Below, one piece after another: positions 35,967-44,773 of a DNA stretch of 64,000 nucleotides. Each line of letters begins with the position of its first letter. Positions within the stretch are counted from its first letter, which is position 1. The DNA is from an uncultured Chloroflexia bacterium. Lineage in GTDB: Bacteria > Chloroflexota > Anaerolineae > Anaerolineales > UBA4823. The notes under the pieces are model-generated. The model saw nothing but the letters and a program-made list of their open reading frames with translations, searched no databases and was not told the DNA's origin. The position numbers and the translations under genes were made by a program. Location of the stretch: assembly GCA_963809615.1 (NCBI GenBank), contig CAWEKR010000012.1, positions 401,317-465,316 of the forward strand, read 5' to 3'.

Positions 35967-37061
35967 ATGAATTTCAGGCGATGTCTTACGGTCTTGATCA
36001 CATTAACAGTCTTGTTATTGTTCGCCAATGTCTTGGGTCAGGCTGCCTCGAAGGCTCAGGTCATCGGCTCACCCAATTACTTGCCATTGGTGTTTAAAGA
36101 CTCCACATATTTTTTTGGTCAGCTCGGCTTTATTGGAGTTGATGCGAATAACTATGCCAACACCTATATCTATCGGGTCAAGCAAGACGGGAGTGGTCTC
36201 CAAAATCTCACCGTTGCGCCTACTCCATTCCTCAGTTTTTCCTGGTCACCTGATGGATCGAAGATTGCATTTAATTCCTATTGGGCAGGTAATGACGAAA
36301 TATATGTTATGAATGCCGATGGTAGTACGATCACACGCCTTACCTTCGAGCCTGGAGCTGATGAATTTCCTGCCTGGTCGCCTGACGGAACTCACATCGC
36401 ATTTACCTCGAACCGCCAGGGCTCGCCTCAGGTGTATGTAATGGGCGCCGATGGCAGCACCGTCATCCGGCTGACCAATCTGCTTTTAGGTTGTGGGAAC
36501 CATATCTGGTCTCCCGACGGGAGCAGGATCGCCTTTAATAATTTTAATGCCGCCTTCAACGACGGAGAAATCTATCTCGTTAAACCGGATGGAACTGGTT
36601 TACAGCGCTTGACTGATAATGGATTTTTTGATTCGATCAAAGCATGGTCACCGGATGGCTCGAAGATCCTGTTCCTTTCCAACCGCGACTGGAGTGGTGC
36701 CGACGATCGTGAGGATGTCTACGTGATGAATAAGGATGGGACCGATCCTATCCGCCTGACCGTCAGTGGTTATATTCAGGATGCATCCTGGTCTCCGGAT
36801 GGTACCAAGATCGCCTATTCAGATTCTTCGGCTACCCAAGGGTTATTTATTATGGATCCAGATGGGACTGATGTGACTGAAATTCTGTGCCAATCCAACC
36901 ATATCGGTACATTCGATTCAACCTGGTCTCCCGATGCCAAGAGCATCACCTATGCACCATCTTCGGGTGGAGGGCTGTATACCGTCCGGATTGATGGCAG
37001 TGGTTGCTTCCAGCTCACCTCAATGTTGGCGAATAATCCCCAATGGAGGCCAGCAAAATAA
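35967..37061 (+). CDS. secreted PD40/TolB-like beta-propeller repeat protein
   Basis: RBS GGGAGG and signal peptide MNFRRCLTVLITLTVLLLFANVLGQAAS. There are at least 6 repeats of WSPDG(S/T)xIAF...(I/V)YVM(N/G)ADGS. The ORF-track N-terminal extension (35574-35966) has no coding character. Confidence 0.8.
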   Translation: MNFRRCLTVLITLTVLLLFANVLGQAASKAQVIGSPNYLPLVFKDSTYFFGQLGFIGVDANNYANTYIYRVKQDGSGLQNLTVAPTPFLSFSWSPDGSKIAFNSYWAGNDEIYVMNADGSTITRLTFEPGADEFPAWSPDGTHIAFTSNRQGSPQVYVMGADGSTVIRLTNLLLGCGNHIWSPDGSRIAFNNFNAAFNDGEIYLVKPDGTGLQRLTDNGFFDSIKAWSPDGSKILFLSNRDWSGADDREDVYVMNKDGTDPIRLTVSGYIQDASWSPDGTKIAYSDSSATQGLFIMDPDGTDVTEILCQSNHIGTFDSTWSPDAKSITYAPSSGGGLYTVRIDGSGCFQLTSMLANNPQWRPAK

Positions 37062-37202
37062 GTCAGCATTACTTTCCCAGATCTCGACCTCCAAGTATCG
37101 TGCCATCAGGCGGCTCATTTCAACAAATCCGGGGACAGATTTCCCTTTCGTGTTTTTCGCCGTCCAAACCTCGTAATACAACTCGGAAACGGTTTATTTC
37201 TC

Positions 37203-37239
37203 CTCCCCCATCCCGAAAAACACTCGGGATAGGGGAGGC
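37203..37239. repeat. imperfect ~15-bp palindromic hairpin (CCTCCCC-ATCCCGA ... TCGGGAT-GGGGAGG)
   Basis: Read directly from the sequence. It shares the GGGGAGGCGGG tail with the hairpin at 42805-42850. Confidence 0.7.
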
Positions 37240-37240
37240 G

Positions 37241-37346
37241 GGCGAGTCCAGCGTTCCCTTCAGCTGGGCGAGTCCAGCGTTCCCTTCAGCTGGGCGAGTC
37301 CAGCGTTCCCTTCAGCTGGGCGAGTCCAGCGTTCCCTTCAGCTGGA
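37241..37346. repeat. tandem repeat, 26-nt unit x4 (GGGCGAGTCCAGCGTTCCCTTCAGCT)
   Basis: Identical copies start at 37241, 37267, 37293 and 37319. The period is not a multiple of 3, and there are no spacers. Confidence 0.9.
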
Positions 37347-37439
37347 AGGGGGTATCCGTTATAAATCCGTTTATAGATAATCCTCTTGGATATTTCGTTC
37401 TTTTTCACACCTTTCGTTGCCTAGAAGACCACTCTCTTC

Positions 37440-37468
37440 TTGACATAACCATCCATCAGTGCGATAAT
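37440..37468 (+). promoter_or_regulatory. promoter candidate upstream of the RibD_C paralog array
   Basis: TTGACA, 17-nt spacer, GATAAT, about 220 nt upstream of the first gene. Confidence 0.45.
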
Positions 37469-37693
37469 CAGACTAATATCATCAATATAGGACTGATAAC
37501 AATAGATCATCATGTGGGGAATCGTAGTGGGAAACGAGACTGGATTAACACCAAAGGTTATACAATTTAGATTAAGTTATAACATTCTGGTCCATTTCGG
37601 ATTCACCAATAACAATTCCCTCGTCAATTTATCACCAGCTTTTCTAAATCCTGCTGCTGGAAACCCATACAATCAGCCTAGGGGAAATTGATT

Positions 37694-38266
37694 ATGGGAA
37701 AGGTTATCGCCTCAATTTTTGTCAGCCTCGACAACATGATGGTCGGGGAAAATGAAGATATGAGCTGGGTTCTTGATAATTTTGATCCTGCCATGGGCAA
37801 GGATATGGACGCGGATGTCACAGGTTCAATGCAAGCCATTTTCCTTGGGCGTATTACCTATGAGATCATGTCTCAGTATTGGCCCGGTGCGAGGGTTGAA
37901 GATGAAGGTCCAGGCGTAGACGAGATGAATCTCACCCCTAAGATCGTCTTCTCCAAGACGCTCCAAAAAGCCGCATGGGGTAAGTTTGAAAATGCTACCG
38001 TTCTTAAAGAAATCTTACCCTCCGAGATTGAGCGCCTCAAGCAGCAGTCCGAAAAGCCTATCGTGCTCATGGGCAGCGCCAGCATCGTGCAGCAATTTTC
38101 ACGCCTCGGCCTCATCGATGAATATGTTTTATGGCTTCACCCGGTCATTCTTGGCCGTGGCAAACCTTTGTTCAAAGATGATCCGGCAAGAAAGGATCTG
38201 AGGCTTGTCAATTCCCGCCTCTACCAGAACGGTGTGATAAAACTTATTCTTCAGCCCAAGAGATAG
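37694..38266 (+). CDS. dihydrofolate-reductase-like protein (RibD C-terminal domain family), paralog 1
   Basis: Family pattern: VSLDN...LGRITYE...WP...VFSKTL...VLMGSASIVQQF...LIDEYVLWLHPVILGRGKPLF. Confidence 0.75.
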   Translation: MGKVIASIFVSLDNMMVGENEDMSWVLDNFDPAMGKDMDADVTGSMQAIFLGRITYEIMSQYWPGARVEDEGPGVDEMNLTPKIVFSKTLQKAAWGKFENATVLKEILPSEIERLKQQSEKPIVLMGSASIVQQFSRLGLIDEYVLWLHPVILGRGKPLFKDDPARKDLRLVNSRLYQNGVIKLILQPKR

Positions 38267-38289
38267 AAATTTTCAGAGGTATCGAACTT

Positions 38290-38889
38290 ATGCGAAAAAT
38301 TGCCGCAGGTCTTTTTATCTCCCTCGATGGGGTGGTCGAGTCGCCCGGTGAGTGGGGGTTCCAATTCATGAATGACGAAATGAGCCAGGGGATCGCCACT
38401 GGGATTTCCCAGGCTGATACCGTCCTCCTCGGTCGTCGAACTTACCTCGAGTTCGCCCAGCTCTGGCCGGGGCAGGGCAGTGATGTCCTAATGGCTGATT
38501 TCTTGAACCACTCGACCAAGTACGTGGTATCTTCAACGCTAGAAACGCTTTCCTGGCAACCGGCGGTTCAGATCAAGGGCAGCCTTGTGTCCGAGCTTCG
38601 CCGGTTGAAACAGCAAACCGGTAAAAATATTCAGGTGCCAGGCAGTCCATCACTGGTGCGTTTTCTACTCCGCCAGGGGCTGCTCGATATGCTCAGCCTG
38701 AATATCTGTCCCGTCGTGGTCGGTTCTGGGATGCACCTCTTCGATGACACGGCAGGTATGCTCAATCTCAAGCTTGTGGGTTCAACCATCATGAGTACGG
38801 GCGTGATCGGCGCTACCTACTCTCCGCTAGGACCTGGTGTTCGGCAAGACTCATCCCTCGCCACTTTTCCACATACAGCCGTCCTGTAA
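38290..38889 (+). CDS. dihydrofolate-reductase-like protein (RibD_C family), paralog 2
   Basis: ISLDGVVE...LLGRRTYLEFAQLWP...KYVVSSTL...VPGSPSLVRFLL...LLDMLSLNICPVVVGSGMHLF. Confidence 0.75.
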   Translation: MRKIAAGLFISLDGVVESPGEWGFQFMNDEMSQGIATGISQADTVLLGRRTYLEFAQLWPGQGSDVLMADFLNHSTKYVVSSTLETLSWQPAVQIKGSLVSELRRLKQQTGKNIQVPGSPSLVRFLLRQGLLDMLSLNICPVVVGSGMHLFDDTAGMLNLKLVGSTIMSTGVIGATYSPLGPGVRQDSSLATFPHTAVL

Positions 38890-39011
38890 TCGCTTTAATT
38901 GTGTTGGGATGGTATTTTGGAACGATTTTTTATCAGAGTTAGGCCGGGTCACCTCATCTTGGGTGCGGGCGTAGGCACTCATGATTAATTTCTACGCCAA
39001 AGGATCGATCT

Positions 39012-39587
39012 ATGCGAAAACTATTTATATACCTGACCATGACGCTGGATGGCTTCTTGTGCGGACCCAACGGAGAGCTCGATTGGATGCTGCGCACCAC
39101 CGATCAGGAGCTCAACGATGATATTGTCGCCATTATCAGTTCCGCTGACACGGGGCTTTTGGGTTATCCCACCGCGGTCGGTATGATCCCCTATTGGGCT
39201 AACATTGAACATGATATTGCAGCTTCTCAAGCCGACCGTGAGCTTGCCAAAGTGATCAACAGGCAGCATGGCGTCGTCCTCTCCAACACCGAGGTTAAGC
39301 TCGATTTTGCTAACTCGGAGCTTCTGGTGGTGAAGAGTGATGATGATTTTATCAAGGCGGTCAATCGGTTGAAAAATCAGTCCGGTAAGAACATCGTTGT
39401 TACTGGAGGAGTACGTACCGCCCAAAAAATTGCCCGGTTGGGTTTGGTGGATGAATACCTGTTTATGGTGCATCCTGTCGCCATCGGCAGCGGGAAAGGC
39501 CTGTTTGCCAGCAGGGTAGTCCTCCAGTTGGTTAGCTCCAAGTCTTATCTATCCGGAGTCGTCCGCTTACGTTATCGCGCTAATTGA
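39012..39587 (+). CDS. dihydrofolate-reductase-like protein (RibD_C family), paralog 3
   Basis: MTLDGFLCGPNGELDWM...VVTGGVRTAQKIARLGLVDEYLFMVHPVAIGSGKGLF. Confidence 0.7.
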   Translation: MRKLFIYLTMTLDGFLCGPNGELDWMLRTTDQELNDDIVAIISSADTGLLGYPTAVGMIPYWANIEHDIAASQADRELAKVINRQHGVVLSNTEVKLDFANSELLVVKSDDDFIKAVNRLKNQSGKNIVVTGGVRTAQKIARLGLVDEYLFMVHPVAIGSGKGLFASRVVLQLVSSKSYLSGVVRLRYRAN

Positions 39588-39684
39588 GCAGTTAGAGGTT
39601 CGGAGCAGCGCGTATTTATCATCGCCACAGGCTGGTATGCTGTGGGAATGAGCATATAAAGTTAATTCAGCAAGGAGAAGCGTG

Positions 39685-40062
39685 ATGTTCACTAAAATTT
39701 CTTTGGTATCCGTACCGGTGAAAGACCAGGAAGCTTCGAAATCATTTTACGTGGATGTCTTGGGTTGCACCGTGGTGGAAGACCAGCCTTTTCTTCCTGG
39801 CACTCGTTGGATCAGGTTGGAATTCCCAGGTGTGGATACCAGGATCGTCCTGGTTACCTGGTTTCAGAAAATGCCTCCCGGCAGTCTTCAGGGGATTATC
39901 TTGAACACAGCTGATATGGCAGGAACCAGTGCAGAGTTACGGCGGCGTGGCTTGGAAGTATCTGAAGTTAAGCAGCAGCCTTATGGACTGGAAGCGACTT
40001 TCTACGATCCGGATGGAAATGGTTGGGTCCTTCTCCAGCCTGCTTTATTAAATAGATCATGA
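39685..40062 (+). CDS. VOC/glyoxalase-bleomycin-resistance family protein
   Basis: About 125 aa, beginning ISLVSVPVKDQEASKSFYVDVLG and ending FYDPDGNGWVL, which is typical of the VOC fold. Confidence 0.75.
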   Translation: MFTKISLVSVPVKDQEASKSFYVDVLGCTVVEDQPFLPGTRWIRLEFPGVDTRIVLVTWFQKMPPGSLQGIILNTADMAGTSAELRRRGLEVSEVKQQPYGLEATFYDPDGNGWVLLQPALLNRS

Positions 40063-40077
40063 TCGGAGGAATTTCTA

Positions 40078-40653
40078 ATGCGAAAAATTATTGTGTTTAC
40101 CAATTTAACTCTCGACGGGGTTATGCAGGCACCCGGTCGTCCCGATGAAGACCTTCGCGGTGACTTTAAGTACGGCGGTTGGGGAGCCCCATATGCCGCC
40201 ATGACTTTTGCCACCGGTGAAAGCATGTCCAACACCGGTCCCCTGCTGTTCGGTCGCCGCACCTACGAAGATTTCTACCAGGTCTGGCCCAACCGCTCAG
40301 ACAATCCTTTCACTGAAGTGCTAAATAATGCCCAAAAATATGTCGCTTCCACCACTTTGAAAGAGCCGCTTCCGTGGGTCAATTCGACCCTTCTTACCGG
40401 CGATTTGCCGAGCACCCTGGCTTCACTCAAGGCCCAACCGGGTAAGGATTTTCTTGTGATGGGCAGCGGTGAGCTCGTCCAGTCACTCATGCAGCACAAC
40501 CTGGTCGACCTTTACGTGCTTCTGCTCCACCCGCTCATATTAGGTTCCGGTCGCCAACTTTTCCCCACAGGCACTGCCTATTCTGCCCTCAAGCTCATCG
40601 ATGTCAAGCCAACCCCAACCGGAGTTGTCATCGCAACCTACCAACCCACCTGA
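40078..40653 (+). CDS. dihydrofolate-reductase-like protein (RibD_C family), paralog 4
   Basis: LTLDGVMQAPG...LFGRRTYEDFYQVWP...KYVASTTL...LVMGSGELVQSLMQHNLVDLYVLLLHPLILGSGRQLF. Confidence 0.75.
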   Translation: MRKIIVFTNLTLDGVMQAPGRPDEDLRGDFKYGGWGAPYAAMTFATGESMSNTGPLLFGRRTYEDFYQVWPNRSDNPFTEVLNNAQKYVASTTLKEPLPWVNSTLLTGDLPSTLASLKAQPGKDFLVMGSGELVQSLMQHNLVDLYVLLLHPLILGSGRQLFPTGTAYSALKLIDVKPTPTGVVIATYQPT

Positions 40654-40813
40654 TCCGTCTAACCCGCTTGCCCGGAGATCTGGTTTGTAAACCTATCTGT
40701 CTATGACGGGTTTTCACCTGTAACATCCAGGATCATTTTATGTGCGAGGAAGGCAACGGCGTGTAGACCTTTTTTATTCGGGTCATGTTCGTGTATATTT
40801 CTTTTCTCCTCCC

Positions 40814-41713
40814 CTATTTTCCGCCCTTGATAAATTCCCCAATCCTTTCGATCGCCTGCCGCCCTTCAGGCAGTGAGCTGGCTGCAAACTGCCAGACATG
40901 CTGCATCCTCGGCCAAACCTCCAGTGTGACGTCCACTCCCGCTTGTTTAGCCCGTTCCGCAAATGTTGTGGAATCAGAAAGGAGAGCCTCATCCGATCCA
41001 ACCTGGATGAGCAGAGGCGGCAGACCTTTCAAATCTCCATATACCGGCGAAACCAGCGGATCGCGCGGGTCATGGTCTCCCAGGTATAAAGGTCTGATTT
41101 GTTCGACCAGATAAGGGTTCAGCACCAGTTCTTTTTTAGCATTCTTCTTCCAGCTAGCTTCACTCGTGGTCAAATCGGTTGCTGGAGACAGGCACACAGC
41201 GGCAGCAGGTAACGGCTCATTCCGATCACGGAGTGCAAGCAGCAAGGCTAAAACCAATCCACCGCCGGCTGAGTCCCCAGCCAGGAAAATCTGCTCCGGT
41301 CGATAGCCTTGATCTATCAGCCAGGTATATGCAGTTAGTGCATTGTTCAGTCCGGTTGGGTAGGGATTTTCAGGTGCCAGGCAGTAGCCGATGATCAATG
41401 CTCGTGCCTCGGCCGCGAGAGCGATGTTCCCTGCCAGGTTGCGGTGTGAATGGATTGACCCCGACAGGAAGTATCCGCCGTGTAAATACAGGACCACCCT
41501 CCCGTCAGTCACTTTCTTCGGAATAATCCACTCACCCACCACGCCGTTTACATCCACTGGGATATGTTTCAGCTCTCCGAGTGGTTTGAACCTATCGGCG
41601 AACGTATCCAGTCCGGCACGCTCTTTATCTAAATCGATTTTTTCAGTTGGTGGGGATAATAATCGCTGGCTTTGAAGGTATAGCATGAGTAGAATTGCTT
41701 GAACGCTTGGCAT
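40814..41713 (-). CDS. alpha/beta hydrolase (HSL-type esterase/lipase)
   Basis: Oxyanion motif LHGGYF, nucleophile elbow GDSAGG, and late D/H residues (DEAL, MQHVW). Confidence 0.8.
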   Translation of the reverse strand: MPSVQAILLMLYLQSQRLLSPPTEKIDLDKERAGLDTFADRFKPLGELKHIPVDVNGVVGEWIIPKKVTDGRVVLYLHGGYFLSGSIHSHRNLAGNIALAAEARALIIGYCLAPENPYPTGLNNALTAYTWLIDQGYRPEQIFLAGDSAGGGLVLALLLALRDRNEPLPAAAVCLSPATDLTTSEASWKKNAKKELVLNPYLVEQIRPLYLGDHDPRDPLVSPVYGDLKGLPPLLIQVGSDEALLSDSTTFAERAKQAGVDVTLEVWPRMQHVWQFAASSLPEGRQAIERIGEFIKGGK

Positions 41714-41850
41714 CCTCTCACCTCCCGCCGGATGGATAAGTTCATCCCTGGTCCGTCGATCTGGTCATACTTCAGCGATCACACGATATAACCTATTTTA
41801 CCGTCATTTGACCAGGATTTTCTGGTGTAAATTCAGATTTCCTTAAATCA

Positions 41851-42714
41851 CTATCCTCTCCAAACCGCCTGTAGCGCCCGATAATCCATCAGGATGATTC
41901 CTTCTTCTTTCACGATATCTTTTGCCTGTTGAGATCTCCAAAAATCATAGTCTATCTGGCGCTCATGACGATTGGCAGGTTCCAGGATCAGCAGCTCTGC
42001 ATCATCCAGCCCCGGATGTACCGCCCATTCGCTCAAGCCGGCGGGCAGCTCGTGCAGCATCTGTTCATAGCGAGCGAATTTCGTCCTCGGATACATGCCA
42101 TAGCTATCTAAAAAGGCATTATCGATGGTCGGGAGTCCCTGGCCTTGCAGTTCTTCGATCGTAGACCGTTCAATCACACGCAGCGCTAAACCATACTCTT
42201 TTGCCAGCCGGATCATCAGGTCGAAAATATCCATTCTCTCTCCGAAACGCAGCGCATGCCAATCCAGGTGGGTGGGGTTGAACCCCGCTGCTAGCACACT
42301 TTCGATCTGCGCTCTAAATTCCACTTCCAGCTCGTCCAGTTTCGCCTGGGCACGAAGTACGGGCATCGCCTCAAAGTTATAGAAATATCCGCGTGTATCC
42401 ACCAGGGATGGCACTTTCTCCCACCATGTTACTGGTCCCCAGCGGTAATCAAGCGGGTCGCTGATCACGGTAAGGTGGATACCGAAAGGAACTTCGGGAT
42501 GATCGGCCAGGAAATGCATGGCGTGTATTGCCCACGGACACGGCACCATCAGACTCGTCGAGCGGATAAGACCTTCCTGCAGCGTCTGTATGATGGCTTC
42601 GTTCACCGAGTGGCACATCCCAAAGTCATCCGCGTTGATAATTAATAGGCGTGCATCGATTGGGTATCCCAGGATTTGGTTTGTTTGGCCTTTATTCAAT
42701 TGGGTCACCTCCAA
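41851..42714 (-). CDS. YdjC/ChbG-family carbohydrate deacetylase
   Basis: LIINADDFGMCHSVNEAI (the metal-binding DDFG motif) plus HLD...H motifs. The 287-aa length fits. Confidence 0.75.
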   Translation of the reverse strand: MEVTQLNKGQTNQILGYPIDARLLIINADDFGMCHSVNEAIIQTLQEGLIRSTSLMVPCPWAIHAMHFLADHPEVPFGIHLTVISDPLDYRWGPVTWWEKVPSLVDTRGYFYNFEAMPVLRAQAKLDELEVEFRAQIESVLAAGFNPTHLDWHALRFGERMDIFDLMIRLAKEYGLALRVIERSTIEELQGQGLPTIDNAFLDSYGMYPRTKFARYEQMLHELPAGLSEWAVHPGLDDAELLILEPANRHERQIDYDFWRSQQAKDIVKEEGIILMDYRALQAVWRG

Positions 42715-42804
42715 ATTCTCTTGTCAGGTTATACCATCAATTCGCCCTTCAGCCGTCGTTGATCTGCGTATATTAGTCAATCGGTACTGTTGAATTGTTC
42801 GTTA

Positions 42805-42850
42805 CTCCTCCCCTAATCACCGCTTTGGTGATTGGGGAAGGCGGGAGGAG
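42805..42850. repeat. compound palindromic hairpin (CTCCTCCC/GGGAGGAG outer stem, CCCCTAATCACC/GGTGATTGGGG inner stem)
   Basis: Read directly from the sequence. It carries the same GGGGAAGGCGGG tail as other intergenic hairpins. Confidence 0.7.
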
Positions 42851-42992
42851 GTGGGGTGATGTCATCGTTTCTGTTATTGGCTGAAAGCTCATTGCAGGGC
42901 TGTTAGCTGGGACGTGTGAGGAAGTTCGCTACTTTCCTTTGCTGTGGATCATTCCCGCTACCCTACGCTTTCCTTAAATCTTCTTAAACCTC

Positions 42993-43020
42993 TTGTGGAT
43001 TAGAACATATGTGCTATAAT
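42993..43020 (+). promoter_or_regulatory. promoter candidate (TTGTGG-16-TATAAT) overlapped by a LexA-like box TAGAAC-ATAT-GTGCTA (43001-43016)
   Basis: The box differs at one position from the perfect uvrB box in this window. TATAAT (43015-43020) overlaps its right half-site. No ORF of 60 aa or more lies downstream on the plus strand. Confidence 0.45.
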
Positions 43021-43296
43021 TAGACTGCCTTCACAAGTTGATATGGTGGTCTTCCATATCAATTAAAGCAGTCGTATACCGGTTGGTCTTTACCGGTAAT
43101 GCTGTAATTACTAACAACATCATCCATCAAGTTGGTTAATTATAGAACTTCAAAATCGGATCACATCATTGTCATTACAGCATCCCCCAGCTTTTGGGGG
43201 AGTTGTAGGTTGGGTTGAGTGCGGTGATCCTCCGCACGAAACCCAACATATTCCTTATTATCATCGCGGAATCCGCCCCTGACCTTGGGGGGAGAA

Positions 43297-43316
43297 TCCC
43301 CGCCGGTTTTCGGGGA
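43297..43316. repeat. REP-like hairpin repeat, copy A (TCCCCGCCGGTTTTCGGGGA)
   Basis: CCCCG stem, 8-nt loop, CGGGG stem. It matches copies at 43375 and 44774 at about 17 of 20 positions. Confidence 0.7.
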
Positions 43317-43374
43317 AGGAGGGCGTTCTAGAAATCCAATGTTACTAACAAAACTCCGAAGCCCGACGTGCCTG

Positions 43375-43394
43375 TCCCCGCTGATTTTCGGGGA
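43375..43394. repeat. REP-like hairpin repeat, copy B (TCCCCGCTGATTTTCGGGGA)
   Basis: Same motif as copy A. Confidence 0.7.
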
Positions 43395-43685
43395 GCAATC
43401 TTCCCTTTGGACTGTTTAAAATCTCCCGTTATTATCGGTTCTGGTGAATAATCACAAATGGCCGTAGATCAAATATTCAATGCTATCTCCCTCATGAAAA
43501 ATGACTTTATCGATAAAATCACCCTGAACAGACCATTCGTTTATATTCGTTTTTTTTTCTAAACGACTGGCTCCACGTCCAATACTAGAATGGCGCCTCA
43601 CCATCAAACGGAAGCATATCACCCATGGTAGAGACTTGGTATTTATAAATCATCCCGCCGGGCAGTGTTTCCACGGATCTTGCCT

Positions 43686-44756
43686 CTATAGATCGGCCAT
43701 GATCGTTGGGGCACGGTATTCTGCAGCCTCAGAAAAGGCCCTCTTCAACACTCTTATCGCTCTCAAAGTCACCCACTTATTCGGCATTTTCTTTTCACCA
43801 AAACTCGCCCATGTCTTCCCCGTGTAGTCATATTCCAACAGCCACCTGCCTTGGTCATCCTGTTTATTGCGGATGAGCTCTAACGTATTAGCCAGGCGTG
43901 GGTCCTTCCCATAACCCAACGCCACCAGTCCTTCAGTCACCTGCAGCAGGTCAGTAATATAAAATACAGGAAATCCGAACTTCCACCAATTTTTACTGGG
44001 TTTATCCCCCAATCTCGTAGGCCAATCAGCCGTCACTGGGTCTATTCTGAAGAAGAAGTCCACCCCCTGCCGGATCGCCTCATCGATCAGTGGGGTTCGC
44101 TGGGCTTGAGAGAGCTTCCCAAATGCCAGCATCTCCTTCGCTGCTCCCCATGCACACGGTTGACCGTAATTCGGTCCACAGGCGAATAATGGTCCGCAAT
44201 TGTATGCATAATATCGGCGCTCAGAATTCTTCTCGTTACGTGAAGCCAGACCTTCTCCTGTTATGCTGCGCGCCATCCACTCGAATGCAGGTGCCAATCG
44301 GGGATCCTCATAACCCAATTCAAGTACTGCCCAGCACAGGTTGCCCTGCAGGCAGTCGATCGTGCTCGAAGGTGTTCCATAAACAGTAAACTGCCCACCC
44401 GGTGCCAGCGACTGCTCCAACAGGTATGCACATCCTCGCTTGATACGCTCATCCTCGTTAGCCTCCGCACCCAGCTGTGCCAGCAGTATGATCGCCCACA
44501 CCGTCGAGCGATATTTCGTCGTGTACCCCGGTCCAGGCTTTGCCCAATATCCTTCCGGCTGCATCTTGTCTAATACCTTGCTGATGGGTCCCGATACGTG
44601 TGCTGCCTGCCGTGCCACCGTTAGCTCGCTGTCATCCACAGGTTTTTCCAGGATATCGCGCAGCGTCAGGTATCGCACACCTGGGTTATCCGTCTCCAAC
44701 AACCACGTGATTGGATCACCGTTCAGTAGGTTTTTCCAGTCCATAGTATCCTCCAA
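43686..44756 (-). CDS. conserved hypothetical protein, possibly alpha/alpha-toroid (prenyltransferase/terpene-cyclase-like) fold
   Basis: The 356-aa ORF is rich in aromatic and Gly-containing helical-hairpin-like segments (QPEGYWA, GQFTVYG, DDQGRWLLEYDY). The family assignment is tentative. Confidence 0.35.
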   Translation of the reverse strand: MEDTMDWKNLLNGDPITWLLETDNPGVRYLTLRDILEKPVDDSELTVARQAAHVSGPISKVLDKMQPEGYWAKPGPGYTTKYRSTVWAIILLAQLGAEANEDERIKRGCAYLLEQSLAPGGQFTVYGTPSSTIDCLQGNLCWAVLELGYEDPRLAPAFEWMARSITGEGLASRNEKNSERRYYAYNCGPLFACGPNYGQPCAWGAAKEMLAFGKLSQAQRTPLIDEAIRQGVDFFFRIDPVTADWPTRLGDKPSKNWWKFGFPVFYITDLLQVTEGLVALGYGKDPRLANTLELIRNKQDDQGRWLLEYDYTGKTWASFGEKKMPNKWVTLRAIRVLKRAFSEAAEYRAPTIMADL

Positions 44757-44773
44757 GTTTGTCTCTGCGCCAG

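Noticed and set aside
37241-37346. Possible CRISPR array (four identical 26-nt repeats).
   Set aside because: The repeats are directly abutting with no spacers, and no cas genes lie nearby. This is a plain tandem repeat.
37469-37693. THF or ZTP (pfl) riboswitch in the ~220-nt leader of the DHFR-like gene array.
   Set aside because: There is only a vague resemblance (gagACUGGauu ... cagCCUaGGGg) to the pfl motif. The conserved GGGUCGUGACUGGCG / CCGCCUGGGC cores are not present.
43101-43352. Repeated 10-mer TTACTAACAA (43108 and 43342) as a functional repeat.
   Set aside because: A single 10-mer match within about 1 kb of AT-rich DNA is close to the chance expectation.
43458-43562. 34-codon ORF MAVDQIFNAISLMKNDFIDKITLNRPFVYIRFFF, whose ITLNRP string resembles the N-terminus of enoyl-CoA hydratases (a possible gene remnant).
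   Set aside because: It is too short, has no RBS, and the similarity rests on a 6-residue string. It cannot be supported without a database search.
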